A stretch of 64,000 nucleotides of DNA from Nitrospirota bacterium (GCA_039931295.1 JBDTSF010000178.1:352-64351); one strand, 5' to 3'; shown: positions 28,832 to 39,475, counted from the first letter of the stretch. Program-made: numbers and translations. The notes: a model not told the origin generated them from the letters alone.

Positions 28832-29533
28832 ATGCTCAAATTGATCCGCGAAGGGTCGCACAGCTATCCTTGGCTTCTCAAATCTATCATGGGAGTCATC
28901 GCCCTCACCTTCCTCGTCACGATGGGTTGGTGGGGATTCGGCGAGCAACAGACCGGCGCCGCCGTCGCCTCAGTCGGAGATCTCACAGTGTCCCACGATG
29001 AATTCCGACGTGCCTATGAAAATACGTACCGTTTCTATAAGGACAAAGTCCCTGGAGAATTCAAAGACGAAACGATCAAGCAATTAGTGGTGGATCAACT
29101 GGTCGATAATCGAACCTGGCTCATCGCGGCAAAAAACATGGGCCTCACTGTCACTGACGACGACTTACGCGACGTCATCATGCAGATCCCTGATTTTCAA
29201 AAGAACGGTACGTTCGATCCGGAGGTCTACAAACAGCTCCTGGCAGCGAATCATTTGACGCCTGCAACATTCGAAGCAATGGAAGCGAAGGAAGTACTGA
29301 GCAACAAGGCCAGGATGATCATCCGTGACGCCGTAGCCCTCACTCCTGCCGAACTTGCCGAAGCCCAAGCTCTCACATTGCGGCACACAGAATCAGACCC
29401 TGCGAAAGCTGCCGAAGCGAAAGACCTCGCCATACAGGACGTCCTCTTTCAAAAGCAGCAGCGCGCGCTGATGGCCTACACTCAATCCCTCAAAACGACC
29501 ATTCCCATCAAGATCAACCGCGAGTTGCTGTAG
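28832..29533 (+). CDS. SurA N-terminal domain protein (PpiD-like membrane-anchored chaperone lacking a PPIase domain)
   Basis: N-terminal TM anchor followed by a SurA_N-like helical domain (VGDLTVSHDEFRRAYEN...). Confidence 0.6.
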   Translation: MLKLIREGSHSYPWLLKSIMGVIALTFLVTMGWWGFGEQQTGAAVASVGDLTVSHDEFRRAYENTYRFYKDKVPGEFKDETIKQLVVDQLVDNRTWLIAAKNMGLTVTDDDLRDVIMQIPDFQKNGTFDPEVYKQLLAANHLTPATFEAMEAKEVLSNKARMIIRDAVALTPAELAEAQALTLRHTESDPAKAAEAKDLAIQDVLFQKQQRALMAYTQSLKTTIPIKINRELL

Positions 29534-29629
29534 CTCAATTCTCCGCACCTCATCAAGCCGACCACCTCTCTAGTCAGAACAGAGCACAGTCAAGTCGTTG
29601 ACTGAAATCCGCGATCGTCTCAAGACTCA

Positions 29630-30649
29630 CTAGAGAATCAACATCGCATCGCCGTAGCTATAGAAACGATAGCGCTGTCGAACCGCCTCAGCATAGGCCT
29701 GTCTGAGAAATTCTGTCCCGGCCAATGCGGAGACCAACATCAGCAATGTGGTCCGTGGCAAGTGAAAGTTCGTAAGAAGGGCATCCACCGCCTTGAACGG
29801 GAACCCCGGCGTTATAAACATATCCGTCTCTCCTTGATAGGGTCGGATCTGGCCATCCGCGCGAGCCGCAGTTTCAAGTGCGCGTACGACCGTGGTCCCG
29901 ACAGCCACAATTCGCCTTCCTGTTGCGCGCGTCTGTTCGATAGCACGCACCGTCTCTACTCCGACCTCGACCCACTCCGCGGCCATTCGATGATCTTCGA
30001 TCTGATCAACCGTGACCGGCTTGAAGGTTCCAACTCCGACATGCAGTGTGACAGCCCTCAGTTCGACCTCTCGCTGTCGCAGTCGTCCCAGCAAATCCGA
30101 TGTGAAGTGGAGTCCGGCAGTTGGCGCGGCAATCGCGCCCTCATGCTGCGCAAACATCGTTTGGTACCATGCTCGATCCTGGTCGGTCGGCGCCCGCTTT
30201 ATGTAAGGAGGAAGCGGCATCCGGCCATGTTGTTGCAGCCATTCAGACACTGGAATAGGGCTCTCAACCCGAACTGTTGTTCTGTTGGCGTTACGCTCAA
30301 CCACCACCGCAACCGCCGCTGCGCCCATCTCAAGAATCTGTCCAGGCCGAAACGTTCCCTTGATCAGTACTTCCCACATCGCATCGCCAAGATCCTTCAC
30401 AAAGAGGATCTCGACCTCCGCCCCGGACGGGCGCTTCCGTCCAGTCACGCGTGCGGCCATAACCTTTGTGTTATTAACAACAAGGAGGTCCCCGGGATGA
30501 AGAAGCTCGGGCAATTCGTCGACGCGGCGATGGGCGAGCGAGCGGTCGCCACGCTGTAGCACGAGCAATCTGGCATGATCGCGCGGAAGGCTTGGCTGAG
30601 TGGCAATCAGCGAGGCATCGAAGGGAAAGTCGAATGCTGAGAGTTGCAT
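29630..30649 (-). CDS. queA: S-adenosylmethionine:tRNA ribosyltransferase-isomerase
   Basis: 339 aa matching QueA along its full length (MQLSAFDFPFD..., PLPPYIKR, GAIAAPTAGLHFT). Confidence 0.95.
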   Translation of the reverse strand: MQLSAFDFPFDASLIATQPSLPRDHARLLVLQRGDRSLAHRRVDELPELLHPGDLLVVNNTKVMAARVTGRKRPSGAEVEILFVKDLGDAMWEVLIKGTFRPGQILEMGAAAVAVVVERNANRTTVRVESPIPVSEWLQQHGRMPLPPYIKRAPTDQDRAWYQTMFAQHEGAIAAPTAGLHFTSDLLGRLRQREVELRAVTLHVGVGTFKPVTVDQIEDHRMAAEWVEVGVETVRAIEQTRATGRRIVAVGTTVVRALETAARADGQIRPYQGETDMFITPGFPFKAVDALLTNFHLPRTTLLMLVSALAGTEFLRQAYAEAVRQRYRFYSYGDAMLIL

Positions 30650-31863
30650 CAGGAAGACGGCAGGGTCGGAGCTTTCGTCAACGTCATGTTCTGCAATTCC
30701 GTCCCTGGGTAATAATATCGAAGAATCATCGAGAAAGGATAGCCCAACTCAGCCAGTTCTTTCGCGCCCCATTGGCACATGCCAACAGCATGGCCAGCAC
30801 CATAACCGGACAATACCACATCCTGGCCGATCGACTCGATGGCAAACTGCGTGCTGGGGATGATGGTGTAGCCAACCAATTTCCGCAACTCTTCTCCGCG
30901 AAGAACCAATTCACCGTCGGAGTGGAGAACACGCAGCGTGGCGACTCGCCCTCCTCTGCTAAACGACAACGGCGTGATCGTCGCAATCGTACCCACAGAA
31001 AAGCCCTGCTCCCGCAAATTCTGCTCGAGGGTGTCGATTTTGAAGGAAGACTTCCATTGAAAATAGGGCGACATCAGGTCGAAGGGACACTCCACACCCT
31101 TGAGATAAGGATATTCTTTCGACCACACATTCGTCGCATCTTCCGTCAATCCGGCTGCAGTTGATGAGAACGCTGCGTAGATCGGTGCATCCTGGAAGGT
31201 CACAACCAGCCCTCTCGTCTCTTCAACCGCTCGTAGAATCGCAGCATCAACCCCCTGCTTCCCGCGGTAGACTTGATCTTGTACGGTCGCCGCCACGTCA
31301 TACTCCCGCGCGGCACTCAACTTCTGCTGATAGAGCGCATAGGTTCTGGCTGCAATCGCCTGTGCTTTCAGCATCTCGGGATGCCACGCTGAACTGACCT
31401 CGGCAGGAACCACACCTTTGACATACTCTTCCATATCGACTTGGTTAATAACCAGAAACCCCTTATCTTTTCGCACGAGATGGATGAGGCCGCTCACCGA
31501 GACCTCTGTGCCGGAGTCGCTCGATAACACCGCCGCCCCTTTGGACTTCCGAGTGGGTCGCGGGAAGGTCAGTGTGAGCCCTTGCCCTCCGCCATGCAAT
31601 GTCAACTGCTCCGCCTGCCTGCGGACACCGTTCAATAAAAACCCCTTGCCGGCAGCGATGATCTGAGCCGGCGTGCGCAAAGCCTGACGACGGCCTTTTG
31701 CGTCGGTCGCCCACAGCGGATTGCTTGAACGGATATCGAGCCGTAGCACATCGGCAGACAGCAGCACCCGGATCGATTCTGCCGCCTCGGCTCCAGAAGA
31801 CAGGCTGAGAAGACAGGCCCCTACCGCAATGGCGCGATACACGCTGCTCCTCAACTGGCTCAT
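30649..31863 (-). CDS. SpoIID/LytB domain protein
   Basis: GYGAGHAVGMCQWGA motif and a signal peptide. I prefer the ATG at 31863 (ATGA overlap with the upstream gene); the ORF track starts at 31878. Confidence 0.8.
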   Translation of the reverse strand: MSQLRSSVYRAIAVGACLLSLSSGAEAAESIRVLLSADVLRLDIRSSNPLWATDAKGRRQALRTPAQIIAAGKGFLLNGVRRQAEQLTLHGGGQGLTLTFPRPTRKSKGAAVLSSDSGTEVSVSGLIHLVRKDKGFLVINQVDMEEYVKGVVPAEVSSAWHPEMLKAQAIAARTYALYQQKLSAAREYDVAATVQDQVYRGKQGVDAAILRAVEETRGLVVTFQDAPIYAAFSSTAAGLTEDATNVWSKEYPYLKGVECPFDLMSPYFQWKSSFKIDTLEQNLREQGFSVGTIATITPLSFSRGGRVATLRVLHSDGELVLRGEELRKLVGYTIIPSTQFAIESIGQDVVLSGYGAGHAVGMCQWGAKELAELGYPFSMILRYYYPGTELQNMTLTKAPTLPSS

Positions 31864-32114
31864 CGGCGAAAGATCCATGTAATCAGATAGAATACCAGAC
31901 TCAGGATGACACTGAGGAGCAGGCTGGTGACGATGGGAAACGAAAAGCTGAAATTATCTCGTCGAATGGAGATGTCGCCAGGTAGTTTTCCGAACCATCC
32001 TAGCAGATTTCCGATTCCAGGAACGCGATCTGCGACCAGCAGCAACAAGCCGACCAATACCACACACACTCCAACCCCGACAAATACCTTCCCGAGATTT
32101 CCCCATTCAGCCAT
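31860..32114 (-). CDS. DUF2905 family small membrane protein
   Basis: 84 aa, two TM segments, KLPGDISIRRDNFSFSFPIVTS signature. Confidence 0.65.
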   Translation of the reverse strand: MAEWGNLGKVFVGVGVCVVLVGLLLLVADRVPGIGNLLGWFGKLPGDISIRRDNFSFSFPIVTSLLLSVILSLVFYLITWIFRR

Positions 32115-33136
32115 CAGCCTCGAACGACATATTCTGCGATTTGCACCGCATTGAGCGCAGCCCCTTTGCGGAGATTATCGGATACCACCCAGAGATTCAG
32201 GCCGTTCGTGATCGATTCGTCCTCCCTGACGCGGCCGATGTAGACCTCGTCCTTACCGGTCGCATCCAAGGGCATCGGGTAGAGCTTCTTGGCGGGATCA
32301 TCGTACACAATCACCCCCGGCATCGCCGCCAAGAGCGCACGGGCTTCATTCGGCTTCAGTGGCCGTCCCAGTTCCACATTGATCGCTTCGGAATGACAGC
32401 GTAACACCGGAACACGCACCGTCGTCGCCGTCACGCGAAGCGCCGGCGTTTCAAGAATTTTCCTCGTCTCACGAGCGATCTTCACTTCCTCGGAACAATC
32501 CCCACCATCGTTGAAGGACCCGATATGCGGCAGCAGGTTAAAGGCGATCTGATAGGGATACACTTCGGCCTTCGTGTCGCGAAAGGACATCAGATCTTTT
32601 GTCTGCGTCATCAGTTCATCCATAGCCGCGGCGCCGGTCCCGGAGACCGATTGAAACGTGGTCACAACCACACGCTTGACCCCCACGGCATCCTGCAACG
32701 GCTTGAGCGCCATGACAAGCGGGGTCGTCGTGCAATTGGGAATGGACACAATGCCGCGAGGCATCGTCAGCAGCGCATGGGCGTTGACTTCCGGTACCAC
32801 CAACGGAACATCGGCCTCCATCCGAAAGACGCCGCTGTCATCGATGACGACAACCCCGGCCGCCCCAAGCCGTTGACCGTACTCGCGGCTGATGGCATCC
32901 GTCGCTGAAATAAGCGCGAAGTCGACACCGGCAAACGACGACTCCGTCGTCAGCTCCTCAACCTTCCATTCTTTTCCCTGGCACGACATCACCTCACCGG
33001 CCGAACGCTTTGAGGCAAACAGACGTAGAGAGGCCAACGGAAACTTTCGTTCCTCTAAAATCTCAAGAGTTTCTTTCCCAACCGCCCCCGTTGCGCCAAG
33101 GATGGCCACCACATACCCTGATTTCTTTTTCACCAT
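32114..33136 (-). CDS. asd: Aspartate-semialdehyde dehydrogenase
   Basis: 340 aa. GATGAVG NAD(P) site and SIPNCTT active-site Cys. Confidence 0.95.
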   Translation of the reverse strand: MVKKKSGYVVAILGATGAVGKETLEILEERKFPLASLRLFASKRSAGEVMSCQGKEWKVEELTTESSFAGVDFALISATDAISREYGQRLGAAGVVVIDDSGVFRMEADVPLVVPEVNAHALLTMPRGIVSIPNCTTTPLVMALKPLQDAVGVKRVVVTTFQSVSGTGAAAMDELMTQTKDLMSFRDTKAEVYPYQIAFNLLPHIGSFNDGGDCSEEVKIARETRKILETPALRVTATTVRVPVLRCHSEAINVELGRPLKPNEARALLAAMPGVIVYDDPAKKLYPMPLDATGKDEVYIGRVREDESITNGLNLWVVSDNLRKGAALNAVQIAEYVVRG

Positions 33137-33151
33137 GCCCCTCGATCCTAC

Positions 33152-34357
33152 CTACAATATGATCTCCCGAATGCGATGATTGAACGTATCGGCCACGAAC
33201 ATATGCCCTGCGCGATCTAACACGATTCCAAATGGGTAGCTCAAACCGGCTTCGAGAGCTGCACCCCCATCGCCACTATAGTCAGACACACCCACGCCGG
33301 CGATGCGTTCAATACGCCCGGAGATTCGATCCCACCGCCGCACCAGGTGATTGTCAGAATCGGTCATGTAAAGATTTCCCTCATCATCCAGTGCAATCCC
33401 CGCTGGCCGAGAGACACTGGCGCTGGGCGGTTCATCCAACCCTTGATATCGATACTCTCCGCCGTCCCCTACCACAGTTCGTATCAGACCAGTGACAGGA
33501 TCGACAGCGCAAATCCTTCGGTTGAAACAATCGGCAATGTACAGCGTACCATCCGATGCCAACGCCAATCCGCTGGGGCTGGCCAGATCGGTCTCTGTCG
33601 CAGTCAGACCGTCTCCATTATACGCTGCTGTGCCTGTCCCTGCGACCGTCCGAATCATTCCCGAGGCCAAATCTACCGCCCGTACACGATTGTTACTCTG
33701 ATCAGCAATGTAGAGAATCCCGTCGTCGCTCAACGCTAAGGCAGCCGGTTCGTTCAACCCGGCCTCCTCAGCCAATCCTCCATCGCCAGAGTACCGAGGC
33801 TTACCCAGGCCTGCCACTGTCGTAATCGCCCTTGTCGCGGCATCCACGCGCCGTACCCGATGGTTCAGGGTGTCCGCAATATAGAGATGCCCCGCTCGAT
33901 CGACCACCACGGCCGTTGGAAAATTCAGTAGCGCGTGATCAGCGGGTCCACCATCACCACTGAAGTGCATAGCCGGCGCGGCACTGACCGCAATATATCG
34001 CACCGTCCCACTCAAGTCGGTCTGTTGGGTCACAGTGCGCAAGTCGACCTTGCTGGTTTCTGCAAGAGGATCCTCATCGACATCTTCAGACCTCGAAACC
34101 GGCAGAACGGGTGTCGCCCCTGCGTCAAACGCCTGAACCCTTCCCGCAACGGTCGTGATACATAGGGTCTTCCGATCGATCTTTCGAACGACGTGGTTCT
34201 CCGAATCAGCGATGAAGAGATTTCCCTCTGCATCGAGGGTCACACTCTTCGGCTCATTCAGACAAGCCTCAGAGGCGACCGTTCCATCACCTGACCAGCC
34301 TGAGATTCCGGTACCGACAATGGTCCGGATCAATCCGGCTGTGAGATCGGTCTTCAT
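33152..34357 (-). CDS. NHL-repeat beta-propeller protein
   Basis: 401 aa with about six repeats of the ...G.LYIAD..NHRVR.VD... type. No signal peptide. Confidence 0.7.
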   Translation of the reverse strand: MKTDLTAGLIRTIVGTGISGWSGDGTVASEACLNEPKSVTLDAEGNLFIADSENHVVRKIDRKTLCITTVAGRVQAFDAGATPVLPVSRSEDVDEDPLAETSKVDLRTVTQQTDLSGTVRYIAVSAAPAMHFSGDGGPADHALLNFPTAVVVDRAGHLYIADTLNHRVRRVDAATRAITTVAGLGKPRYSGDGGLAEEAGLNEPAALALSDDGILYIADQSNNRVRAVDLASGMIRTVAGTGTAAYNGDGLTATETDLASPSGLALASDGTLYIADCFNRRICAVDPVTGLIRTVVGDGGEYRYQGLDEPPSASVSRPAGIALDDEGNLYMTDSDNHLVRRWDRISGRIERIAGVGVSDYSGDGGAALEAGLSYPFGIVLDRAGHMFVADTFNHRIREIIL

Positions 34358-34375
34358 CTCTATCGAAAATCTCTC

Positions 34376-35449
34376 TTAGTTCAGATTGCGCAGGATGGCC
34401 TCGCCCATTTCCGTTGTGCTGACCAGGCGAGTACCAAGACTGTGAATGTCTTTCGTGCGATAACCGAGATCGAGCGTTTTCACAATCGCCTGCCCGATGG
34501 CTTCCGCTTCCGCATACAACTTGAACCCATAGGACAGCATCATCGCCGCCGAAGCAATCGTCGCAATAGGATTCGCCACATTCTTTCCGGCAATGTCCGG
34601 TGCGCTGCCATGAATCGGCTCGAACAGTCCGACCTGCGCGCCGATACTGGCCGACGGCAACATGCCGATGGACCCAGTCAACATCGCGGCTTCGTCGCTC
34701 AGAATGTCGCCAAAGATATTGTTGCAGAGCATCACGTCGAACTGCCTTGGATTACGCACGAGTTGCATCGCCGCATTATCGACATAGATATGACTCAACT
34801 CTATATCCGGATAGTGTTTGTGAACGTCCGTGACCACACGACGCCACAGCTCGGATGACTCCAGCACGTTCGCTTTGTCGACAGACATGACTTTTTTCCG
34901 TCGTTTTCTCGCCGCCTCGAATGCCACTTTTGCGATACGTTGGATCTCTTCAGTCGTATAGACCTCGGTATTGACGCCTCGCTCGCTCCCATTCGGCAGT
35001 TTCTCAATCCCCTTTGGCTTCCCGAAATAAATGCCGCCGGTCAGTTCACGAACGACGAGAATGTCGATGTCCTCAATCACCTCGCGTTTCAACGTGGAGG
35101 CATCGGCCAACATCGGATAGAGCTTCGCCGGGCGCAAATTCGCGTAGAGCCCGAGGTGCTCTCGCAAACCCAGCAGCGCACGCTCTGGACGCAAGCGATA
35201 CTCTAACCCCTCCCACTTCGGACCGCCGACCGCACCGAGCAAGACCGCGTGGCTCTGTTTCGCCAAGGTCAGCGTTTCTTGAGGAAGTGGAACACCCACT
35301 TTGTCGATGGCCTGCCCACCGACATCACCGGGGAGAAATTCGAATGTGTGGCCGAACTTCTCGGCTACAGCCTTCAACACCTTTACCGCTTCAGGAACGA
35401 TCTCTCGACCCACTCCATCACCAGCCAATACGGCTATCTTCGCTTTCAC
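34376..35449 (-). CDS. leuB: 3-isopropylmalate dehydrogenase
   Basis: 357 aa matching LeuB along its full length ([11 protein letters not shown]..., [25 protein letters not shown]). Confidence 0.95.
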   Translation of the reverse strand: MKAKIAVLAGDGVGREIVPEAVKVLKAVAEKFGHTFEFLPGDVGGQAIDKVGVPLPQETLTLAKQSHAVLLGAVGGPKWEGLEYRLRPERALLGLREHLGLYANLRPAKLYPMLADASTLKREVIEDIDILVVRELTGGIYFGKPKGIEKLPNGSERGVNTEVYTTEEIQRIAKVAFEAARKRRKKVMSVDKANVLESSELWRRVVTDVHKHYPDIELSHIYVDNAAMQLVRNPRQFDVMLCNNIFGDILSDEAAMLTGSIGMLPSASIGAQVGLFEPIHGSAPDIAGKNVANPIATIASAAMMLSYGFKLYAEAEAIGQAIVKTLDLGYRTKDIHSLGTRLVSTTEMGEAILRNLN

Positions 35450-35490
35450 AGGCTACTCTCCCCTATTGTGAGTATTGATCGCACCAACTT

Positions 35491-35853
35491 CTATTCCAAC
35501 ACTTCTTCATCCTCCGGCCGCCAAGCAGGATCGACCAGACACAGGAACTCGATGTCAGTAGGCCCAACATTTTCCAAATACTGTGTGCCTCCAGGGGGCA
35601 CATAGACGACGGAACCAGCTACCACCGAGACGGCAGCATCATCGACGGTCAATTGCCCACGACCTGCAATAATGTAGTAGACCTCTGAGGACGTGAGCCG
35701 GTGCCTTTTCGAGCGAGCGCCGGGAGCCAAGATCCCATGCGCCATACTATACCCTAGCGCGAGCGGTTGTTTTACCGGATGCAGGAGCTCTCGCAGGCGC
35801 GTATGATCCCCGGCCAGAAACTCAGGCCGAGTTGCCAGATTCACATGAACCAC
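35491..35853 (-). CDS. Cupin domain protein
   Basis: 120 aa cupin_2-like core (HRLTSSEVYYIIAGRG...VVYVPPGGTQYLEN). Confidence 0.65.
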   Translation of the reverse strand: MVHVNLATRPEFLAGDHTRLRELLHPVKQPLALGYSMAHGILAPGARSKRHRLTSSEVYYIIAGRGQLTVDDAAVSVVAGSVVYVPPGGTQYLENVGPTDIEFLCLVDPAWRPEDEEVLE

Positions 35854-35925
35854 GGATCACCTCACAGTCAACAATATCGTCCCGGATTCAGACCGGATCC
35901 GCTGACTCTATCGTCCTCACTTTCC

Positions 35926-37473
35926 TTAAATCAAGCTTACCCTTTGTTCGCCCTGCGCCTGTTTTCCTGCCAGGTATGACAGCTTATTCAGCGCGTTCAG
36001 ATAGGCTTTTGCTGAGGCCATAATGATATCCGTGTCCGCGCCATGCCCTGAAACCGTACGCCCATCTTCTTGAACCCGGACCGAGACTTCTCCTTGAGCA
36101 TCCGTACCCCCCGTGATCGCCTTTACGACATACATGAGAAGAGTGCTTTTCGTCTGCGTAATGATGGCGATCGTCCGATACACCGCATCCACCGGCCCAT
36201 CTCCGGCCCCAGTCTGCGCAATCGTTCGCCCATCGAGCTCGAGCTCGACTGTGGCGGTCGGGACCTGATCCGTCCCGCTGGATACATGGAAGGACTTCAG
36301 CGTAATCCGATCGGCCATTTTCGCCAACTCTTCGGACACGATGACTTCGAGATCTTCTTCGTAGATCTCTTTCTTTTGATCGGCCAATTTTTTAAACCGC
36401 TCGAACGCATGATTGACCTCTTCGTCCGAAAGGGTATAGCCTAACTCCACCAGCCTCTGCCGAAACGCATGCCGGCCTGAGAGCTTTCCCATGACCATTT
36501 TGCTCTCAATCAACCCGATCGTCTCCGGCCGCATGATTTCATAGGTTGTCTTGTCTTTCAGCAGACCATCTTGATGAATGCCGGACGTATGGGCAAAGGC
36601 ATTCGCCCCGACGATCGCCTTGTTCGGCTGCACCACCATACCGGTAATCTTGCTGACCAATCTGCTGGTCTTCGAAATCTCTTCGGTGCGAATCCTCGTG
36701 TCTGCCTGGTAGAAATCCTTCCTGGTACGAAGCCCCATGACAATTTCTTCCAATGCTGTGTTCCCCGCACGCTCGCCTATGCCGTTGATGGTGCATTCGA
36801 CTTGGCCTGCTCCCTCAAACACCGCCGCCAAACTATTCCCCACAGCCAAGCCAAGATCATTATGGCAGTGGACAGAGATCACCGCTTGTGCACTGTTCGA
36901 CACCTGCTCACGAATGCCCCGAATGAGCCGGCCAAACTCTTGCGGCACCGCGTAGCCGACCGTGTCGGGAATGTTGATCGTCCCAGCTCCTGCGGCAATC
37001 ACCGCCTCAATCACTTCATAGAGATACGCCGGATCGGAACGACTGGCATCCATGGGCGAAAACTCCACATCCTCCACATAGCCCCGCGCACGTTGCACCA
37101 TCTCGACCGCGCGTTTCTTTGCTTCATCACGCGTCATTCTAAACTGATGCTTCAAATGGATATCCGAGGTCGAGAGAAACGTATGAATGCGGACCTTCGG
37201 AGCCCCCTTCAATGCCTCCCAGGCTCGATCGATATCCTCCGGACGCGCCCGCGCCAAACTGCAAATCGTCGGTCCCTCGACTTCCTGTGCGATCCGCCGC
37301 ACCGCTTCAAAATCCCCAGGCGAGCTATACGCAAACCCTGCCTCGATGATATCGACCCCTAACCGCGCTAGTTGTTTCGCCACCATGATTTTCTCTTCCA
37401 CATTCATGCTAGCCCCGGGCGATTGCTCGCCGTCCCGCAAGGTCGTATCGAAAATTCGAATCATGCGTGTCAT
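35926..37473 (-). CDS. leuA: 2-isopropylmalate synthase
   Basis: 515 aa from [20 protein letters not shown] (ATG 37473 preceded by GAGGTGG). The 52-codon upstream extension in the ORF track is translation of repeat copy C. Confidence 0.95.
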   Translation of the reverse strand: MTRMIRIFDTTLRDGEQSPGASMNVEEKIMVAKQLARLGVDIIEAGFAYSSPGDFEAVRRIAQEVEGPTICSLARARPEDIDRAWEALKGAPKVRIHTFLSTSDIHLKHQFRMTRDEAKKRAVEMVQRARGYVEDVEFSPMDASRSDPAYLYEVIEAVIAAGAGTINIPDTVGYAVPQEFGRLIRGIREQVSNSAQAVISVHCHNDLGLAVGNSLAAVFEGAGQVECTINGIGERAGNTALEEIVMGLRTRKDFYQADTRIRTEEISKTSRLVSKITGMVVQPNKAIVGANAFAHTSGIHQDGLLKDKTTYEIMRPETIGLIESKMVMGKLSGRHAFRQRLVELGYTLSDEEVNHAFERFKKLADQKKEIYEEDLEVIVSEELAKMADRITLKSFHVSSGTDQVPTATVELELDGRTIAQTGAGDGPVDAVYRTIAIITQTKSTLLMYVVKAITGGTDAQGEVSVRVQEDGRTVSGHGADTDIIMASAKAYLNALNKLSYLAGKQAQGEQRVSLI

Positions 37474-37493
37474 GGTTCCACCTCTTTTCGGTT

Positions 37494-37619
37494 CAGACTG
37501 CTCATAACGATCGTCCAGCAAGGCCGCAGGTGCAGAAGACACCGCAGGCGTACCCTCGGGGTACGTTGAGGATGTCTTCAAGCCGAGAACGAAGCTGGCG
37601 GTCGTTTTCAGCAGTCTGC
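37494..37619 (-). repeat. Intergenic imperfect-palindrome repeat, copy C (short form, about 126 bp)
   Basis: CAGACTGCTCATAACGATCGTCCAGCAAGGCCGCAGG...GGTCGTTTTCAGCAGTCTG. Sits between the T-box terminator and the leuA Shine-Dalgarno sequence. Confidence 0.9.
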
Positions 37620-37620
37620 A

Positions 37621-37845
37621 AAAACACAAAAGCCTCCATCCCTACGCCCAGGGACGGAGGCTTAAGAAGCTCCGTGGTACCACCCTGATTTAGCCTTGGA
37701 CAACATACGCTATCCACGGCGCTTCATTACACCCTGTCACGGGGGCGAGACGGAATCCATTACTCGGGTTTCATGGATTCTGGCTCAGAGGCGAGTTCGG
37801 CGCCACACAGGCTGGTTTGCACCATTCACCAGCTCTCTACTGCTG
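37621..37845 (-). promoter_or_regulatory. T-box leader (tRNA-sensing riboswitch), probably Leu-specific, controlling leuA
   Basis: Minus strand reads AAAUCAGGGUGGUACCACGGAG (T-box sequence, 37670-37691). Antiterminator: AGGG / 7-nt bulge UGGUACC / ACGGAG pairs with CUCCGU-CCCU. Competing terminator: GCCUCCGUCCCU-GGGCGU-AGGGAUGGAGGC plus UUUUGUGUUUU (37621-37661). 5' AGUAGAGAG...GGUGAAUGG stem-I-like start. Candidate specifier GAA-CUC-G (CUC at 37793-37795). Confidence 0.85.
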
Positions 37846-37878
37846 TGCAAATCGCGTACTACTCCTCGTCGTAGCCAA

Positions 37879-38685
37879 TTACACCTTCGATTCATTCACT
37901 GGCTGTTCGGTCTTGGGCAATGGACGCTTCCCAGCCACTTTGGAAAAAAGTCCGACAAGCCGCTCTGCCGGGCCAAGGAGAGCGTACCCTGCAAAGAGAA
38001 CAAATAACATCACCTGGGGCCAGGCTGCTAAGAGCATGAGCGTCAAAATGCCCCACACCAGATAGGTAATGTGCCGACCGCCACGGAACTTCATGTCTTT
38101 AAAGCTTCGATACTTGAGGGTACTCACCATCAAGAACGACAAGGTCAGCGTAATAATCAACACAAGGAAGGGCTTCACTTCCGTCCCCATCCTGAGGCTA
38201 TAGTGATCAAAAATCACGAGCGACGCCACAACCCCAGCCGCTGCAGGAATCGCCAACCCGGTAAAGTACTTGCCGTCCGGCACAGAGGTCGTCGAATTAA
38301 ACCTGGCCAACCGGACCGCGCCCATCGCGACATACGCAAACATCACCGCCATACCGAACATACCCTGCCCGCTCAGCGCCCAGGAATAAATCAAGAGGCC
38401 TGGTGCAACCCCGAACGACACCACATCGGACAACGAGTCGTACTCAAAACCAAAATGGCTGGTGCTGTTCGTCAACCGTGCGGATTTCCCATCAAGTATA
38501 TCGAAGATCATCGCCACCAGAATGGCGACTGCTGCAATCATGTAGTCCGCATTAAACACGGACAGCATTGAAAACACGCCGCACAACAGATTCCCTGTCG
38601 TGAAAAGATTGGGAATCAAATGCATGGCGGCTTTTCGCCGCTTCCCATCTCTTCCAAATGATTGGCGAAGTCCGGTAGTTTTCAT
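37879..38685 (-). CDS. pssA: CDP-diacylglycerol--serine O-phosphatidyltransferase
   Basis: DGKSARLTNSTSHFGFEYDSLSD equals the CDP-alcohol phosphatidyltransferase motif DGx2ARx8Gx3Dx3D. ATGA overlap with psd. Confidence 0.85.
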   Translation of the reverse strand: MKTTGLRQSFGRDGKRRKAAMHLIPNLFTTGNLLCGVFSMLSVFNADYMIAAVAILVAMIFDILDGKSARLTNSTSHFGFEYDSLSDVVSFGVAPGLLIYSWALSGQGMFGMAVMFAYVAMGAVRLARFNSTTSVPDGKYFTGLAIPAAAGVVASLVIFDHYSLRMGTEVKPFLVLIITLTLSFLMVSTLKYRSFKDMKFRGGRHITYLVWGILTLMLLAAWPQVMLFVLFAGYALLGPAERLVGLFSKVAGKRPLPKTEQPVNESKV

Positions 38686-39332
38686 GGTAGTTGTCCCAAG
38701 ATGGTCTCCCCACCTTTCACTCGATCGCCGACCGCAACCTTTATAGACGTCCCGAGAGGAAGAAACGTATCCATCCTCGATCCAAATCGAATCAAACCGA
38801 ACCGCTCACCCAGCACTGCCCGATCTTTTGGCGACACCCAACAGACGATCCGTCTGGCAATCAACCCGGCGACCTGCACACACAATACTTTCGCACCCTC
38901 TACGGTCCGAATCATGAGTGCATTTTGCTCATTTCTCAACGTCGCATCCGGCTTACTGGCGACCAGAAACAAACCTGGTTGGTACTGCACATCCTCAATA
39001 ACCCCTTCACAGGGAATCCGATTGATATGCACATCGAAGACGTTCAAGAAGATGCTAACCCTGATGCTACGATCCTTGATGAAGCGGGACTCGTACTCCT
39101 CTTCAATAGCGATCACTTTCCCGTCACCAGAGGCGAGAACGAGGCGTGGCCCCTGAGGGATCACGCGGGATGGATTGCGAAAGAACCACGAGACAAAGAG
39201 CGTCAGGATCGCCGCTCCGACCGTCGCAATGATCCAGCCCAACCATCCTGCCAGCAGTGTAACGCCGACAGCCGCCCCGATGAAGGGAATTCCCTCTTTG
39301 GCAAACGGGATGCCGACGGCACGATCCGCCAC
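38682..39332 (-). CDS. psd: Phosphatidylserine decarboxylase (short form proenzyme)
   Basis: 216 aa, N-terminal TM helices, FGSRMD self-cleavage-type motif. Adjacent to pssA. Confidence 0.8.
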   Translation of the reverse strand: MADRAVGIPFAKEGIPFIGAAVGVTLLAGWLGWIIATVGAAILTLFVSWFFRNPSRVIPQGPRLVLASGDGKVIAIEEEYESRFIKDRSIRVSIFLNVFDVHINRIPCEGVIEDVQYQPGLFLVASKPDATLRNEQNALMIRTVEGAKVLCVQVAGLIARRIVCWVSPKDRAVLGERFGLIRFGSRMDTFLPLGTSIKVAVGDRVKGGETILGQLP

Positions 39333-39450
39333 AGGGTCGCCTCAGGTTATTCAGGAAGGGTGCCCGCCCCGACAATCATTTTCATTCGCCCAGCCTGGCC
39401 ACACTGAGACTCGACTAACACCAGGTAAGACCATAGCGATTGAATACGAC

Positions 39451-39475
39451 GTAGGAAGTTGGCTTCAACTTCCTA

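Noticed and set aside
37474-37629. 52-codon N-terminal extension of leuA
   Set aside because: It is a translation of repeat copy C. The canonical LeuA N-terminus [17 protein letters not shown] starts at 37473 with its own SD.
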